Origin: Octopus sinensis
Taxonomy: Eukaryota
Assembly (NCBI RefSeq): GCF_006345805.1
Contig: NC_043010.1
Span: 29,512,001 to 29,576,000 of the forward strand
Reading direction: 5' to 3'
Length of the DNA: 64,000 bases
Part shown: piece after piece, positions 1 to 13,041 of the stretch
How positions within the stretch are numbered: the stretch's first letter is position 1
Layout of the letters: the number at the start of each line of letters is the position of its first letter
Program-made: the position numbers and the translations under genes
Notes under the pieces: generated by a model
Database searches by the model: none
What the model saw: only the letters and a program-made list of their open reading frames with translations
Told to the model about the DNA's origin: nothing

Positions 1-27
1 GTCGAAACAGACACACACACACACACA

Positions 28-65
<38 letters not shown>

Positions 66-235
66 ACAGAAAGTCACTTTGTTGATTCTGCTAAATAACA
101 ATAAAAATATACATATACTCATATTTGACTTTTATTTTCCCTTTTAACATCACCATGCCTACACACAAATACACACACACGCAAACACACACACACACAC
201 GCAAACACACACACACACACACACGCACACAGAGT
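1..235. repeat. (CA)n-rich microsatellites
   Basis: Direct inspection. This is one of dozens of (TA)n, (CA)n, (TATG)n and (TCTA)n tracts in the window. Confidence 0.95.
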
Positions 236-734
236 TCTATAAGTAGTAGTCTTAAGAAACCATTATTATTAAAACATTCTCAATGTGTATTAGGTAATGC
301 ATATATTATCAAACGTTTCCAGAATTGTTGCACATGTTAGTCACAGACTTCAGTAAACGTTCAAACAATAATCTATCGTTTATATTCCGCAATAACGGGG
401 ATTTGTTGTTGTTTTTTGTTGATTAAATAAGGGCACACAATACTTATTTTGGTTCGAATTTCGTTCTTTTCATATTCAAACTATCAAAAACAGTAATAGA
501 TTTAATAGTTGTTTGTAACACACGTACAAAAAATGCGAGGTGGACGAGCAGCCAGTCGATTACATCGGCAACAATTTTTGTTTGATAAATTGATAATTTA
601 TTTATCGACCCTCGAAAGGAGGACAGCTGAAGTTCGGCGAAACTCAGAACACAAAGAGTCAGAACAAATACCGCAAGGAATTTTTGTCCAACAATGACGA
701 TTCTGCCAATATTTATCTTAATTATTTTTATTTA

Positions 735-1118
735 ATCTTTTTACTTGTTTCAGTCATTAGACTGTGGCCATGCTGTAGCACCGCCTTAAAGGGTGCTGGT
801 CGAAGAAATTGACCCCAGGACGTACTCTCTGAAAGGCTAAAATTTACTCTATCAGTATATTTTGCCAAACCGCTGATTTACGGGGACATAACACACCAGC
901 ATCGGTTGTCAAGCGATGGACGGGAGAACAAACACGCATACACACACAAATATATACATGTATATATACGACGGTCTTCTTCCAGTTTCCATCTACTAAA
1001 TCTCACAAGGCTTTGGTCGGCCCGAGGCTATAGTAGAAGACACTTGCCCAAGGTGCCACGCAATGGGACTGAACCCGGAATCATGTCGTTGGGAAACGAG
1101 TCTCTTACACACAGCCAC
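735..1118 (-). mobile_element. tRNA-derived SINE (octopus-type)
   Basis: Reverse-complement homolog of the copies at 22689-22845 and 35703-36162, sharing head gctgtgtg...gttcagtccc...gcaccttgggcaag and tail caaatgactgaaacaagtaaaag. Confidence 0.8.
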
Positions 1119-1838
1119 GAAAAAAGTAATTTCCTTCTTATTTGGACAGAAGCTGAGTACTTTCAGGGTAGAGTGTTAGTCGATTAAATTGATCCCAGTA
1201 CTTCACTGGTAATTCATTTTGCCGACCTCGGAGGAACGAAAGAAAAAGTTAACCTCTGCGTGATTTGAACTCAAAATGTGTAGATATTGTACGGTATTTG
1301 TACTCGACAGTCCAACAAGCCTGTCAGTTTAGATGCCTTAGCGAAAAATAGTAATATAATAGAAGTGAATATTCAAACAATAACTGGGTGTAAAGAATAT
1401 AAGAAGAACAAACAGGATGAAAGAGGTTAATAAATAGATAAATTTGTGTAATTCTTCATTACGCTGGTGTTGTCATTGTTATGTTGGCCAGAAGTTGCCT
1501 GGTTATGTAGTTAAGGTATTTGGCTCCTGATTTTAAGGTCGTGGGCTCAGTTCCTCTGGTGGGCGGCACGTTGTGATCTTGAGTAAGGCACTTTACATCG
1601 CCCCATTTCAGCGGAAAATGACTCCCGGCCGGGTGTTGGTGCAGCTCTCACATTCTGGTCGTTGTACTGGATCAAAGGTGATGGGGCTTACAGGATGGTT
1701 ATGTCTTTTAGTTATTTTTTAAAGAATATCCAGTTTTATTTCGGTCATCCCATAAATAATGCGGTTTTTATACTTCTCCGTTACTGTTCTGACCTTATCT
1801 ACAGAATTCATATTTTTTTCGTCCAAATTATCTATCTA

Positions 1839-1886
<48 letters not shown>

Positions 1887-1974
1887 TTCATTTATTCCAT
1901 ATTATATATGTGTATGTGTTTGTGTATGAGTAGAGATGGCTTTCGGGGGATAATTTATATTTTAATTTATATTT

Positions 1975-2760
1975 TGAAGACTGGAATAAATGATAATCAG
2001 ATGGGACAATGTCCGGCGAATATGGCGGGTGGGCATCGTTTCTTATTCAATCTGCTCCAGCCTTTGGAATGTCATCCTCGCTGTATGTGGCCAAGCATAA
2101 TCCTGATGGAAGAACACCGTTCGATTTGAAAGCAATGATGGTCGTTTTTCTTCTTGTGCTGATTTAAGCCGCTCAAGCTGCTCGCAGTAGATCTCCCTTG
2201 TTATCGTTTGGTTTGGGTTTAAAAGTTCAAAATGGATTAAACCTTTCATATCCCACCAAACAGACAACAACACCTTACGTGGGTGAAGACCTTCCTAAGC
2301 CTGGGGTGCCGGTGTTTCTCCTTTCCCTACCCACTGTCTTCGGCGCTTCACATTTTTATAGAGAACCCATTTCTCGTCACCAGTCACCATTCGGTCCAAA
2401 AAGATTCATTCATCACACGTGCCGCAAAGAAGAATGCACATTTACTCTCTGCGCGCGATTAGACTGGGAAAGTTTGTGAGGAACCAAGTCACTCAATTTG
2501 CTGACTTTTCCGATGGCACGCAGGTGTCGATGAATAGTTGAAAGACGAAATCCAAGCTTCTCTGCTAGTTTCTCAACAGTTACGATGGGATTTTGTTCCA
2601 CCAGGGTTTGCAGGATGCCCTCGTCGAGCTCTACAGATTTTCCAGGACAAGGCTCGTCTTCTAGGCTGTAGTTCCGGCTCGGAATTTCTGGAACCACCGT
2701 TGACACTGGCTTACGCTTATTGTCCGATCCTCATATGCTGCATTAATATTCATCATACTT
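1975..2760 (-). mobile_element. Decayed mariner transposase
   Basis: Fragments LVPHKLSQSNRAQRV (WVPHEL-like), LSVWWDMKGLIHFELL, FHQDYAWPH and HPPYSPDIVPSDYHLF lie in shifted frames. Confidence 0.9.
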
Positions 2761-3938
2761 TCTGTTGCTTTTATTGAACTGATAAAGCAAAATATGCCGA
2801 ATATGCTCCTTTGTCACTTCCTTTATAGCTTTGAAAAAATATGTTAAACCTGAACTGCACTCTTCAAAACTTGCACTAAGAATAAGAGCACGGTAAAATT
2901 ATTACGTGCTTTTATAGCAAGTTGATGCAGGTAGTATAGAACTTTGAACTTCTTTGAAATGTAAGATCTTCTCTCTCCTGATGGCGGAGGCTCATCTGAT
3001 CCAATGTTGATTGCAACCATCACGACCGCATATTGTGATGAATTACATCTGCCAACATTACGATAGCTCTCCAAGCCCCCAGAAACAGCTGTTGGATTAT
3101 AACACCTTTCTTCCACTCCATTAATTTTCTCTGTCGGTTGTACTCTTTGTTAGCTGGATCTATTGATATAAATATCTATATATTTATACTTAAATATTCA
3201 TCATCTGAAAGTCTCCACCTTTTGCTTTCTTTCGTTTTGCATGTTTACATATATACATATTTTGTATTTCATCCCATATAAAATTTAATATATTTAATGT
3301 ATCTAATTTGTTTATCCGCATAATTCTCGCTATATCCGCTCGACTTGATCCCTCTTATAGCCATTCTTTACTTTGCAGAATCGATCCCCTGTAAAGATAT
3401 AGGAGTCTAAGTTTGAATCTTTTGAGCACTACTGTCTTCTATACTGGGAATCTCTGGATCTCATCTGCGGACTATACATATGTGTGTGTGTGTGTGCGTA
3501 ACTCAAGCAAATTTTACTGTGAATTTGTTGTTATAAGTAGGTTTTACTGAAATATATTACTAATTTTTGTATTATTATTGCACTAACTCATTATGTATTA
3601 CTATTAATTTTTATAATCCAATTTCAAATTTCTAATTATTAATTAATAATTTTAAAAATGAATTTTTTTAAAGTGCCAAAATATCTTAATTGAAGTATTT
3701 TTAATAGAAGTAACAAGTAATAACAAATAGAAGTAATAACTTGTAATAGAATTATTAGTTTTAATAAAAGCTAATATTTTCTGAATCTAAGTATTTTATT
3801 TGAACTTTTATCCTTAGCTACACTATTTTAAGTAAACATGGTCTTATTCTTTACTTTACAAAATATAATTACTTATTCTGAACTTTTCCAAGTGTAATAA
3901 CTTTTCTTGTAATTTTCCAGTTTAATAATCTTAAGAAT

Positions 3939-4064
<126 letters not shown>

Positions 4065-4634
4065 TATAGATATACATACATACATACATACATACATACA
4101 TACATACATACACAGGCATTTATGAATACATACACGCACGCACACACACGCACATAAAAGAAACTTGGGTACACAAACATCCATTTGGCCTCAAACGGTT
4201 GTATAGCCGAGTTTCAGTGTAAACCACTTGACTATCCAGTCAGGCATGTACAAATAATTTATAAAATCGATTCAGTATATCAGTTGCCATTTGAAGTTGG
4301 TTGTTGAGGAACATTTCTTATAAACAATGTAGACTTTGCAGGTGGGATGACGGAGGAAGGGAAGGAAAGACACTATTAGGTCGTAGAGAGATCTGATGGG
4401 GGGGAGGGATGTCAAGGTAATATTTCTTTCATTATAAAGTATGGTCAATAGAAACGCTTTACTTCTTGGCTCATCCATTTTTACGTGTAAGGGAAGAAAG
4501 CATGGAAAAATATTGCTTCTTTCTCTTTGTTTCTGTTTTCTTTTTAACCTTAAATAATCGTTATAAGTAACACATGATATATTGTCTGTATATTTAATGT
4601 CTGATATTTCCAACAAGTTCTATATCCACATATA

Positions 4635-5068
4635 CGAGGTGGTATCAAAAAGTTTCCTGACTAGTTCTGTCGTGCACCAACAGATGGCAGCACCCTGTTG
4701 CGTGCGCAGTGAAAGCCTAGCAGTGATCTTCATGAGGCAGTGTGCCGAATGACAACACTGTGTTTACTTCGCAAGATGTGAAATTTGTGTTTTTGAGATC
4801 ACATGTATGCCGTAGTCTATGATATTTGTAATGGATAGGAAATTGAAACAAAGCCAAAGTGAAATTTTGTGTTAAACTTGGGAAGTCTACTACAGAGACA
4901 TTGCGTATGCTTCGCAGACTTGCGGCCACGAGGCAATGGGTCGAACACAATGTTCCTTTTTTTTCTTTTTCGACATCCGCAGTACTGTGCATCGAGAATT
5001 CATCCCCCAAGGGCAGGATTTCTACAGAATGTTTAGAAGCGTTTGATGGAGGACATTCAGCGAAAATG
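4635..5068 (+). mobile_element. Internally deleted mariner element (5' TIR, N-terminal HTH, catalytic fragment)
   Basis: TA|CGAGGTGGTATCAAAAAGTTTCC terminus, then KFCVKLGKSTTETLRML, then jumps to FFDIRSTVHREFIPQGQ. Confidence 0.8.
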
Positions 5069-6275
5069 ACCGGATGCTTGAGAGGAAGATCGTTCCCCAG
5101 AAGGTACTTTTTCACTGCAGGTCCGAATATAAGGTTGACTCACTCAATGACGAATTGCCTGGTGGCTCAGGCTTTAACGTTTGCCCTCCAGATGACCTGC
5201 ACCTTCTCCTTCAGGATTTTGTGCGGCTTGAACGCTCGTGGGTTTTCGGAATGGTAGACAAGGAGAGGCTTAATCTTCAAATCTCCACTCGCAATGATAC
5301 AAAGGGCGAGTTAGCCAATCTTTCATAGGCTTGTGGTCTGGTATTTTCCTCTCCTCTGCAGTTATGTATGTTCTTCTGGGAATTTTGCTTCAAAAAAAGG
5401 CCAATTTCATCACAGTTAAATACCTCTTATGCGATGTATCCCTCGACTGCGATGAGCTGACGGAATTCACACATGAAATTCTCAGCTGCCTTCGCATTAG
5501 AACTCACTGGTTCTCTATACCTGACGACGCTACGAACATGAGTCCTCCTCTTTAAATTATCAAACCAGCCGTGACTGGCCTTAAATGCGTCTACTGATGT
5601 CTCCTCTGTCGGTATTCCAGGGTTCTGCTTCAGAGATCCCCATACAGCGCTCGTGCTTTCTCGCAGATGATGGGCTCTGTAATCGTATCCCTTGCGATTT
5701 GTTTCTCATTAATCCACAAAAGCAATTTTTCCATCTCATCGTGGATAGGTGTGCGTTGCTTTGGGAGCCAGGAGAATCCTTCGCTGTTGTAACGGGTTTC
5801 ATTTCGTCCTTTTACTTCAGAATGGTGCAGATCGTCGACGCGCTTCGGTTGTATTGATGTGCTATGTCCACTACACTCACTGCTCTCTCGTGTTTATTTC
5901 CTTCTTCAATTCTATCGTTGTCAGCTTTTTCGCCTTCACCAACACTATCCTTCGCATTAACCTTCTTAGGACCCATGACTAACACAACTAATTGTTATAA
6001 AATTATCGCAAAAACAAAACCGCACAAAGCTAAATAAACACACAGGGGAAACACAACAGAGACGCTGCCACAACGAGATAAACACGTGACCTGAGTGAGC
6101 GGAGACTGCACTTATTGGGAGAATGTGTGCGAGCTCAGCGCCGACTAGCGGTCGCTTGTATGAAACTCGCGTACTGGGGATTTCCACTCGTACCTTAAGA
6201 CAAAAGCTCGCACAAGCCTCGGCTCGTACAGCAAATTACTCATACAATGTGCACTCGTAATGCGATTTTCTAGTG
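5069..6275 (-). mobile_element. Tigger/pogo-family transposon remnant (CENP-B HTH plus partial DDE_1)
   Basis: Start MGPKKV at 5976, then IHDEMEKLL, and ASGDLKIKPLLVYHSENPRAFK...FGPAVKKYLLGNDLPLK, with many stops and frameshifts. The 3' half is missing. Confidence 0.85.
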
Positions 6276-6349
6276 TATATATATGTATATATAATATATA
6301 TATATATATATACATAATATATAATATATAATATATATACATACATATA

Positions 6350-8015
6350 CACTTGCGTCAGAAATTAATTAGCACTTCTCAAATTTCTACATTTTCTTAC
6401 ATTTTCTTAATTTAATTAACTTATTATCAGAAACGAACCCGTTTTTAATCAAAAATTTATTAAAACATATCCCAGCATACCACATAATAGTCAATATCTT
6501 GTTGCTCCTCCTTTGGCAGCAATGACAGCTGCTACGCGGGCCGGCATGCTGTCTATGAGCGCCTGCAGGTACTGTGCAGGGATAGCCCTCCATGCAGCAA
6601 GAAGTGCCCCAAACAGCTCGTGTCGGTTCCTGTATTGCTGCACATTCAAATCCCTACCCAATCGACTCCAGAGGTTCTCAATAGGGTTCAGGTCAGGTGA
6701 CTGGCCAGGCCAGGCCAGTCCATGACCGTCACCCTATGGTCTTTGAAGAAACCGGTTGTGAGCTTGGCTGTGTGGGGAGGTGCGTTGTCCTGCTGGAGCA
6801 CGTACTCCTCGCCACCAAAGAGTGCGTTGATGTTGCCTTCGACGGCATAGAGCCGCCCAACACCACTGTAGCTGAACGCCCCCCACACCATCAGACCACC
6901 CCCACCATGTTCATGGTGGGAGCAATGCAGTCTTTGTTGAAGCGCTCACCCCTGCGGCGTCGCACATGGACAGGCTTGTCACTGACGAGACTGAATCGCG
7001 ACTCGTCAGTGAACATCACTGTCCGCCACTGCTGCACGGTCCATGTCTTGTGGGCACGGGCCCAGAGCAGCCGCCTCTTCCGGTTTTGGGCTGTAAGGAG
7101 CGGCTTACGGGCGGCCCTACAGGATTTTAGACCAGCTTCCAGTAATCTGGTCTTGACGGTGGTTGTAGACAACTGCTTCCCTGTCACCTTTTGCATCTCC
7201 TCCGCCAGTTGCCGGCTCGTTGCCCTTCGGTTGTTCAGCGACTTTCGGATCAGCATCCGGTCCTCCCGCTGGGTCATCAGCCTCTTCTGTCCCCTAGCCT
7301 TTTTGTCAGCTGCTGATCCGGTTTCTTCGTATTTCTTAAATAAGCACTGAATTGTGCGCCTGGCTACACCAAGTTTTCTGGCTATTGCAGCCTCCGACAG
7401 CTTCCCACGCCACGAGAGAGCCTCGTACCGTCTCTCCAAGGTCATGCGAGGTCTTGGGCCCATCTAGGAATGAACGATAAAAACCAGTTATTTTCATTAA
7501 AACTATTCATTTGAATAATGTTATGCTATAACAAAACTACTATGAGTTATTATTCATTAAACAAAAAAGAAAGAAAGCAGAATTTCTCACTTTATTTGAT
7601 GTATAACAGAAAGTTTTGTGAACCGGAAGTGACGCCACGAAGCAGAGTGTAGGAGAATTTGTGAGGAAAAAAAATCTTGCAAATACACAAACCAATTAAC
7701 CTACAAGCTGTTCAAAACGACTTACGCGATGAGAAAACTTAGTATGGTGTGATTTCGGTCCTTGCGAGTCGCTACCTATATCTATTAAACAAAGGAAGAT
7801 TTGTCTGCATCCGCACTCCAAGTTGTTGTTGCACTGCTATGTCAACATCATTAGGCTGTAGACTCTCAAACCGCTCTGCAAACAAAGTTATGTCATCGTT
7901 CTGCGCAACAGTGAACTCGCAACAAAGCAATAGTTCGAGATATGGCCACTAGGTGACAGCACATAACTTGAGTGAAGAGCAAATCAAGGGTGCTAATTAA
8001 TTTCTGACGGTAGTG
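6350..8015 (-). mobile_element. Tc1 element (DD34E) with both TIRs, non-autonomous
   Basis: About 26-bp TIRs CACT(TG/AC)CGTCAGAAATTAATTAGCAC flanked by TA. Transposase motifs FTDESRF, MVWG, QQDNAPPH and WPGQSPDLNPIENLW. Confidence 0.92.
6490..7463 (-). pseudogene. Tc1 transposase pseudogene
   Basis: ORFs 6891..7463 and 6688..6891. Lesions: a frameshift near 6890, an apparent deletion after GNINA, and a 5-bp (cctgg) duplication before SPDLNPIE. The reconstructed D-to-E spacing is 34 aa. Confidence 0.88.
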
Positions 8016-8032
8016 TATATATGTATATATAT

Positions 8033-8067
<35 letters not shown>

Positions 8068-8154
8068 TATAATATATATATATATATATACATAATATAT
8101 AATATATAATATATATACATACATATATATATATGTATATATATATTATATATA

Positions 8155-8243
<89 letters not shown>

Positions 8244-8305
8244 ATATATATATATATACATAATATATAATATAATATATATACATACATACATATATAT
8301 ATATG

Positions 8306-8339
<34 letters not shown>

Positions 8340-8344
8340 ATATA

Positions 8345-8475
<131 letters not shown>

Positions 8476-8488
8476 TATAGATAGATAG

Positions 8489-8576
<88 letters not shown>

Positions 8577-8599
8577 ATATATAATATATATATATATAT

Positions 8600-9705
8600 A
8601 TGGGATGTCCCGAAAAACTTTATACATACTCACTTAATTTCCATTTCCTTTTAGAAATGAGGAAGGGAGCCAAACTAAGCGTTCATCAAATTAAATTTAA
8701 TCTAAAGTTGTATTGCAGGCTTGAAAACGCAGTTGAAGTGTACAGAGAGTTTAAGAAAGTTTCAAACAAATCCACGTACATGACTTACCATTACTCGAAT
8801 TCTTTTTGAAACAGATAGAATTGTTCAGAAAATCCACGAGGCACCTTCCGGAACACCGCGGTCATTGATAAACCACAAAAAGCTAATAAAGAGACAGGAA
8901 ACGTAATGGCAGAGTTCAAAGAAAACCTGTGCGGCAAGTGAGTTGTGAAAAATGAATTCGAAAATCAAACGTTCATCGCATTTTAATGTCCTGTCACTGG
9001 AAAGGTTACTTTCCAAAATAGCTCGTGTTTTCAATGTAGATGATTCGGACGAAGAATGGATTTTTGACAAGTAGAAAACGCACACTTTCCAACAGAAATT
9101 GTTTGTAGTGATGAGGCTCCTACTTGGAATCTGAGAATCTGCATATTACAGAGAAACATCATTCATTAACCAGGCTTACAGTATGGTGCGACTTATCATC
9201 AAAAGAATTAATTGGGCCATTCATTTCTGATGGTACTGTGATTTGCTGTGACAATCTATCATGCCAAGCATTCAAGAGGACACTAACGATGTAGAGTTAT
9301 TTCCAGCAAGCTAGAACCCCACCCCACACTGCTATACTAATGTAAGGGAAATCTTTGATAAGATTTTGTCAAACAAGTGGAATGGAGATATTCAGCAAAA
9401 TATCTTCCGCGTTCACCGAGCTGTTTTATGAGAACGCATTAAGATAAGGTTTACGGTATAAAACCAGGAGTATTTAATAAGCTGAGATCAACTATTGAAC
9501 GAGAATATTTCTTGATGCTTGCTTATTCCATTGCTTCATGCTATCAATAGTTCCTGGACCAGAACGGTAATCAGTTTGAAAACAGACCTTCGTAAAAAAA
9601 ATGAAATTTTGTCTGTAGCTTCTATTAAATTTTGCAAATTAAATATATTTTGATAAACGCTATAATCATTCAACATGTGCAGACGCTTTTCGAGACAACC
9701 TGCAT
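8600..9705 (+). mobile_element. Highly decayed Tc1/mariner-superfamily element (DUF4817-type N-terminus)
   Basis: Degenerate TIRs gggatgtcccgaaaa and ttttcgagacaacctg. N-terminus KLYCRLENAVEVYREFKK; remnants such as FVCSDEA and FPASNP(P)HTA. Confidence 0.55.
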
Positions 9706-9782
9706 ATATAAATATATGCGTACGTATATGTGTGTGCATGCGTACGTGAGTGTGCATTTATACGTATTACAAAACAAATTAC

Positions 9783-10702
9783 GGATCTTTACCCTTTGAA
9801 CGGCAGATCGAGAAACTAATTTTTTATAACTAAACACTTTCAAACTTCGGACACTGGTAGAATGTGTCATATAAAACATCTATTACTCTTAGCATTTTTG
9901 AGAAAAGTTTATATTTTCAAAATTATTTCGTGTTAAAGTTGTCGTATTTCGGTAATTTCAACTAATCAATGACGTGTATTCAGCTGAATAAAATTACTGC
10001 TGTTGTTTAACAACAACTTCCGGCGGTGTATATTTCGTTTGTCACTGTTATTTATGACATATTTGATCTCAGTTACGTTTGTATGAATAAACGAGTGTAT
10101 CTGAAGCATGTTTACTTCATGGCACCACCATAATCGTTCGTACATTTCTACTGCTTTTAGTTTTTTTTTCCTGTTTTTCAGCTATTTTCGGAAAGACTTT
10201 TTGCATCCCCGCCAATACCCATACCCCTCCAATTTCTTCATTTTTCATTCTTTTCCGTAACTCTAACCTTAAAATCACAACCCTAACCATAAAACCCCAA
10301 CCTTAACCCTAACCCTAACTCTAAAATCTTAACCCTAAAACCCTAACCCTAAAACCCTAAACCTAAAACCCTAACCCTAAAACCTTAAAGCTAAAACCAG
10401 TACAAACGCACGAACGATGTCATAAATAACAGTGACAAACGAAATATACACCGCCGATTGTTGTTGTTGACAAACAACGACAGTAATTTTATTCAGCTGA
10501 ATACACGTCATTGATTGGTTGAAATTACCGAAATACGTCAACTTTAGCACGAAATAACTTTGTAAATACAAACTTTTCTCAAAAACGCTAAGAGTAAAAG
10601 ATGAGATGCTTTATATGAAACATTCTACCAGTGTCCGAAGTTTGAAAATGTTTAGTTACAAAAAATTAGTTTCTCGATCTGCTGTTCAAAGGGAAAATAT
10701 CC
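9783..10702. mobile_element. Non-autonomous TIR element with GG termini, 8-bp TSD and a central (CCCTAA)n-like array (Merlin-like)
   Basis: TSD CAAATTAC at 9775-9782 and 10703-10710. Imperfect inverted arms of about 280 bp (9783-~10060 and ~10420-10702). Degenerate aaccct repeats at ~10260-10395. Confidence 0.85.
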
Positions 10703-11684
10703 CAAATTACATATGCCTACAAGTAAATTGGCACATATACATAGAAATGCATGTGTGCATGTGTAAACATGCAGATTAGTATTTCTTTTTGTCAATATCA
10801 CTTGACAAGTTTAGGCTTCCTGAGTTAGAAAACAAACAGAAAACTGAGTAAAGTGCAACTAAAGAGAAAACACTGCATGCAAGTAATTGGATGGTTATTT
10901 AGCCATTGAATATTTAACAAAGGGAAGGATGCATGAAACGAACAATGAAATAACTGAATCAAACAAAGCGTAAAACTATTTATTTTTCGCTTTGTCATAT
11001 ATTTCTGGAGTTGTTTTATTATTAGTTTATTTATAAAATTAGGTGTTAATGTGTTTGAATATCACTGAAAAAGAATTTTTGTTGCGATTCTTGTCAGAAA
11101 TTTTGTTTTACTTATTTTACAATCTTAGATTCCCACTCCCTTCTTATTTGGATTATTGTAGAGAAAAAAGTGCTTCTAATTGAGGCATAATACCAGCAGT
11201 TTTAAAAAGAGGGATTAGTCGATAACATCGATTCCAGTAACTGACTGTTACTTTATTTTATCGATTCCGATATGATGAAAGGCAAAATTGATCTCGGCAG
11301 GACGTGAACTCAGAATGTAAAGAACCAGTTAATATACGGCAAGGCATTTTATTTACCGATGCTTTAAATATTCCGCCAGTCCACCCGAGTGATGATTTAA
11401 GAAATAATGGGAAAATTTGACAGATACCAACTATTGGTTACTAATTTAGCCATAAGGACAGAAACTTTGAGATGCTATCGACTCCAGCGTTTGACTGGTA
11501 TAATATTTTATCAATCCTGAGAATATAAGGCAAAGTTGACCGCAGTAAGATTTGAATTCAGGAAGTAAAAACAAACAGCAAGCTCGATTCGCCAAATTCT
11601 TAAAGCTCGTCGTACTTATGGATGCAAAATATTAATAAGAATATACTTTAAAATTACCACCAAATATTTTCCAATTGTTTACAC

Positions 11685-12114
11685 GGATCTTTTCGGTTTG
11701 AACGGCAGTTTTTCTAGCGGTGTCATATGAAATTATCACCCATAATTATGACCCTAGTATCGATCTATTGCATTTCAATCTGTTTTAGGGTTAGGGTTAG
11801 TTAGGGTTAGGGTTAGGGGTGGGGGAAGGGTATCTTTTTTTCTTCACAAATGTAAATAAACCCAATCTGTTTCTTAAATGAGGGACATATTCATACGGCA
11901 CAGAATGTTTTTTACCTCAATAGACGTCAGTGATTGGTTGAAATGGCAGAAATTGAAGAAAATAAACAACAAATATCTTACAAACTATAGAATTTTCTCA
12001 ATAAAGCCAAGAGAAAAAGATGTTTATAAACACATTCTACCATTATACGAAGTTTAAAATTGTTTAGTTACCTAGAAATTATGTTAAAAACTGCCGTTCA
12101 AACCGAAAAGATCC
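11685..12114. mobile_element. MITE with GG termini, 8-bp TSD and TTAGGG repeats (Merlin-like)
   Basis: TSD GTTTACAC at 11677-11684 and 12115-12122. TIR GGATCTTTTCGGTTTGAACGGCAGTTTTT is perfect at both ends. ttagggttagggttag lies at ~11785-11818. Confidence 0.9.
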
Positions 12115-12159
12115 GTTTACACTTGTATCGTACAATTCCGTGTCCTAGGATGATTTGAT

Positions 12160-12380
12160 ACTCGAGAACCTGCCGAAAAGCTCATGGCTTTGGGTAAAAA
12201 CAATACAGGATGACCAGTTAATTATGACTTTTATTCAACATATTCCCCTCTCAGATTGAGACACTTATTGTAGTGGCTCTTCAGTTTTTCGAAGCCGTGT
12301 GAAAGAAATCGAAGGTTGGGCCTTCTATCAGGCCTTTTGCGATACCCTTAAAATCAGGAACTTTTCAGCACCCACTCTTA
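12160..12380. mobile_element. Short mariner-derived MITE
   Basis: CGAG...ctgaaaag terminal motifs; homologous by eye to 40329-40516. Confidence 0.6.
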
Positions 12381-13019
12381 TGTATTGTGTTGATTTTTTT
12401 TCAGGAGGGTAAATATATGGAAAAATACAATTGATGGGAAAATAAGCAGAGGAGTTATGTTCTGATAGTGAGGTTTAAGAACAGCAAAGAGAGACGAGAG
12501 AGAAGAGGGAGAGAGAAGGAAGGGAGAGAGAGAGACGAGAGAGATGGTGGCGATAGTGGTGAAGATGAGGGTGGTGGTGGTGGTGACTGGATAGTGAAAA
12601 GTGTATTTTTAAAAAATTAAAATAAGTTTTTTATATCACCTATCACTTAACGCATGCGCATAAGTGCAATTCCGTTTAATATTCACGCTTATTTACATGG
12701 CAGATACGTGCAATTTAACTAAAGGTTATATCATGTGAACTTTTTTTTTTTGTTGTTTGTTTATGGGGAAATTGGAAAAATAAGAGTGAATATTTATTTT
12801 ATGAATGCTGTGTATTAAGTCTATAAAGTTGTGCATAAAGTAAATAAAGTGTATATATAAAGTGTATTAAATAATCATCGTATTCCAATTTCTTTCACTT
12901 TTCAATGAGTAACAGATAAGCGACTATCTTTCCATACACACACAACACAGGCAACGCTTTCAGGTTTTTTGGATAAAGTTTTCAGAAATAACCGAATAGT
13001 TTTACCATTAATTCCGTGA

Positions 13020-13041
13020 TATATTCGCGGGTCCCGCTAGT
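13020..13041 (+). mobile_element. Helitron-type 3' terminus
   Basis: GCGGGTCCCGC hairpin immediately followed by CTAG|T. The 5' extent is undetermined, possibly ~12450. Confidence 0.45.

Noticed and set aside
2844-3116. 90-aa ORF in unique-looking sequence
   Set aside because: No recognisable motif and no convincing splice partners.
6697-7350. 217-aa plus-strand ORF
   Set aside because: It is the antisense shadow of the GC-rich Tc1 transposase.
10260-10395. Telomere or chromosome-fusion scar
   Set aside because: The array is short and degenerate and is enclosed in a TIR element with a TSD; it is treated as element cargo.
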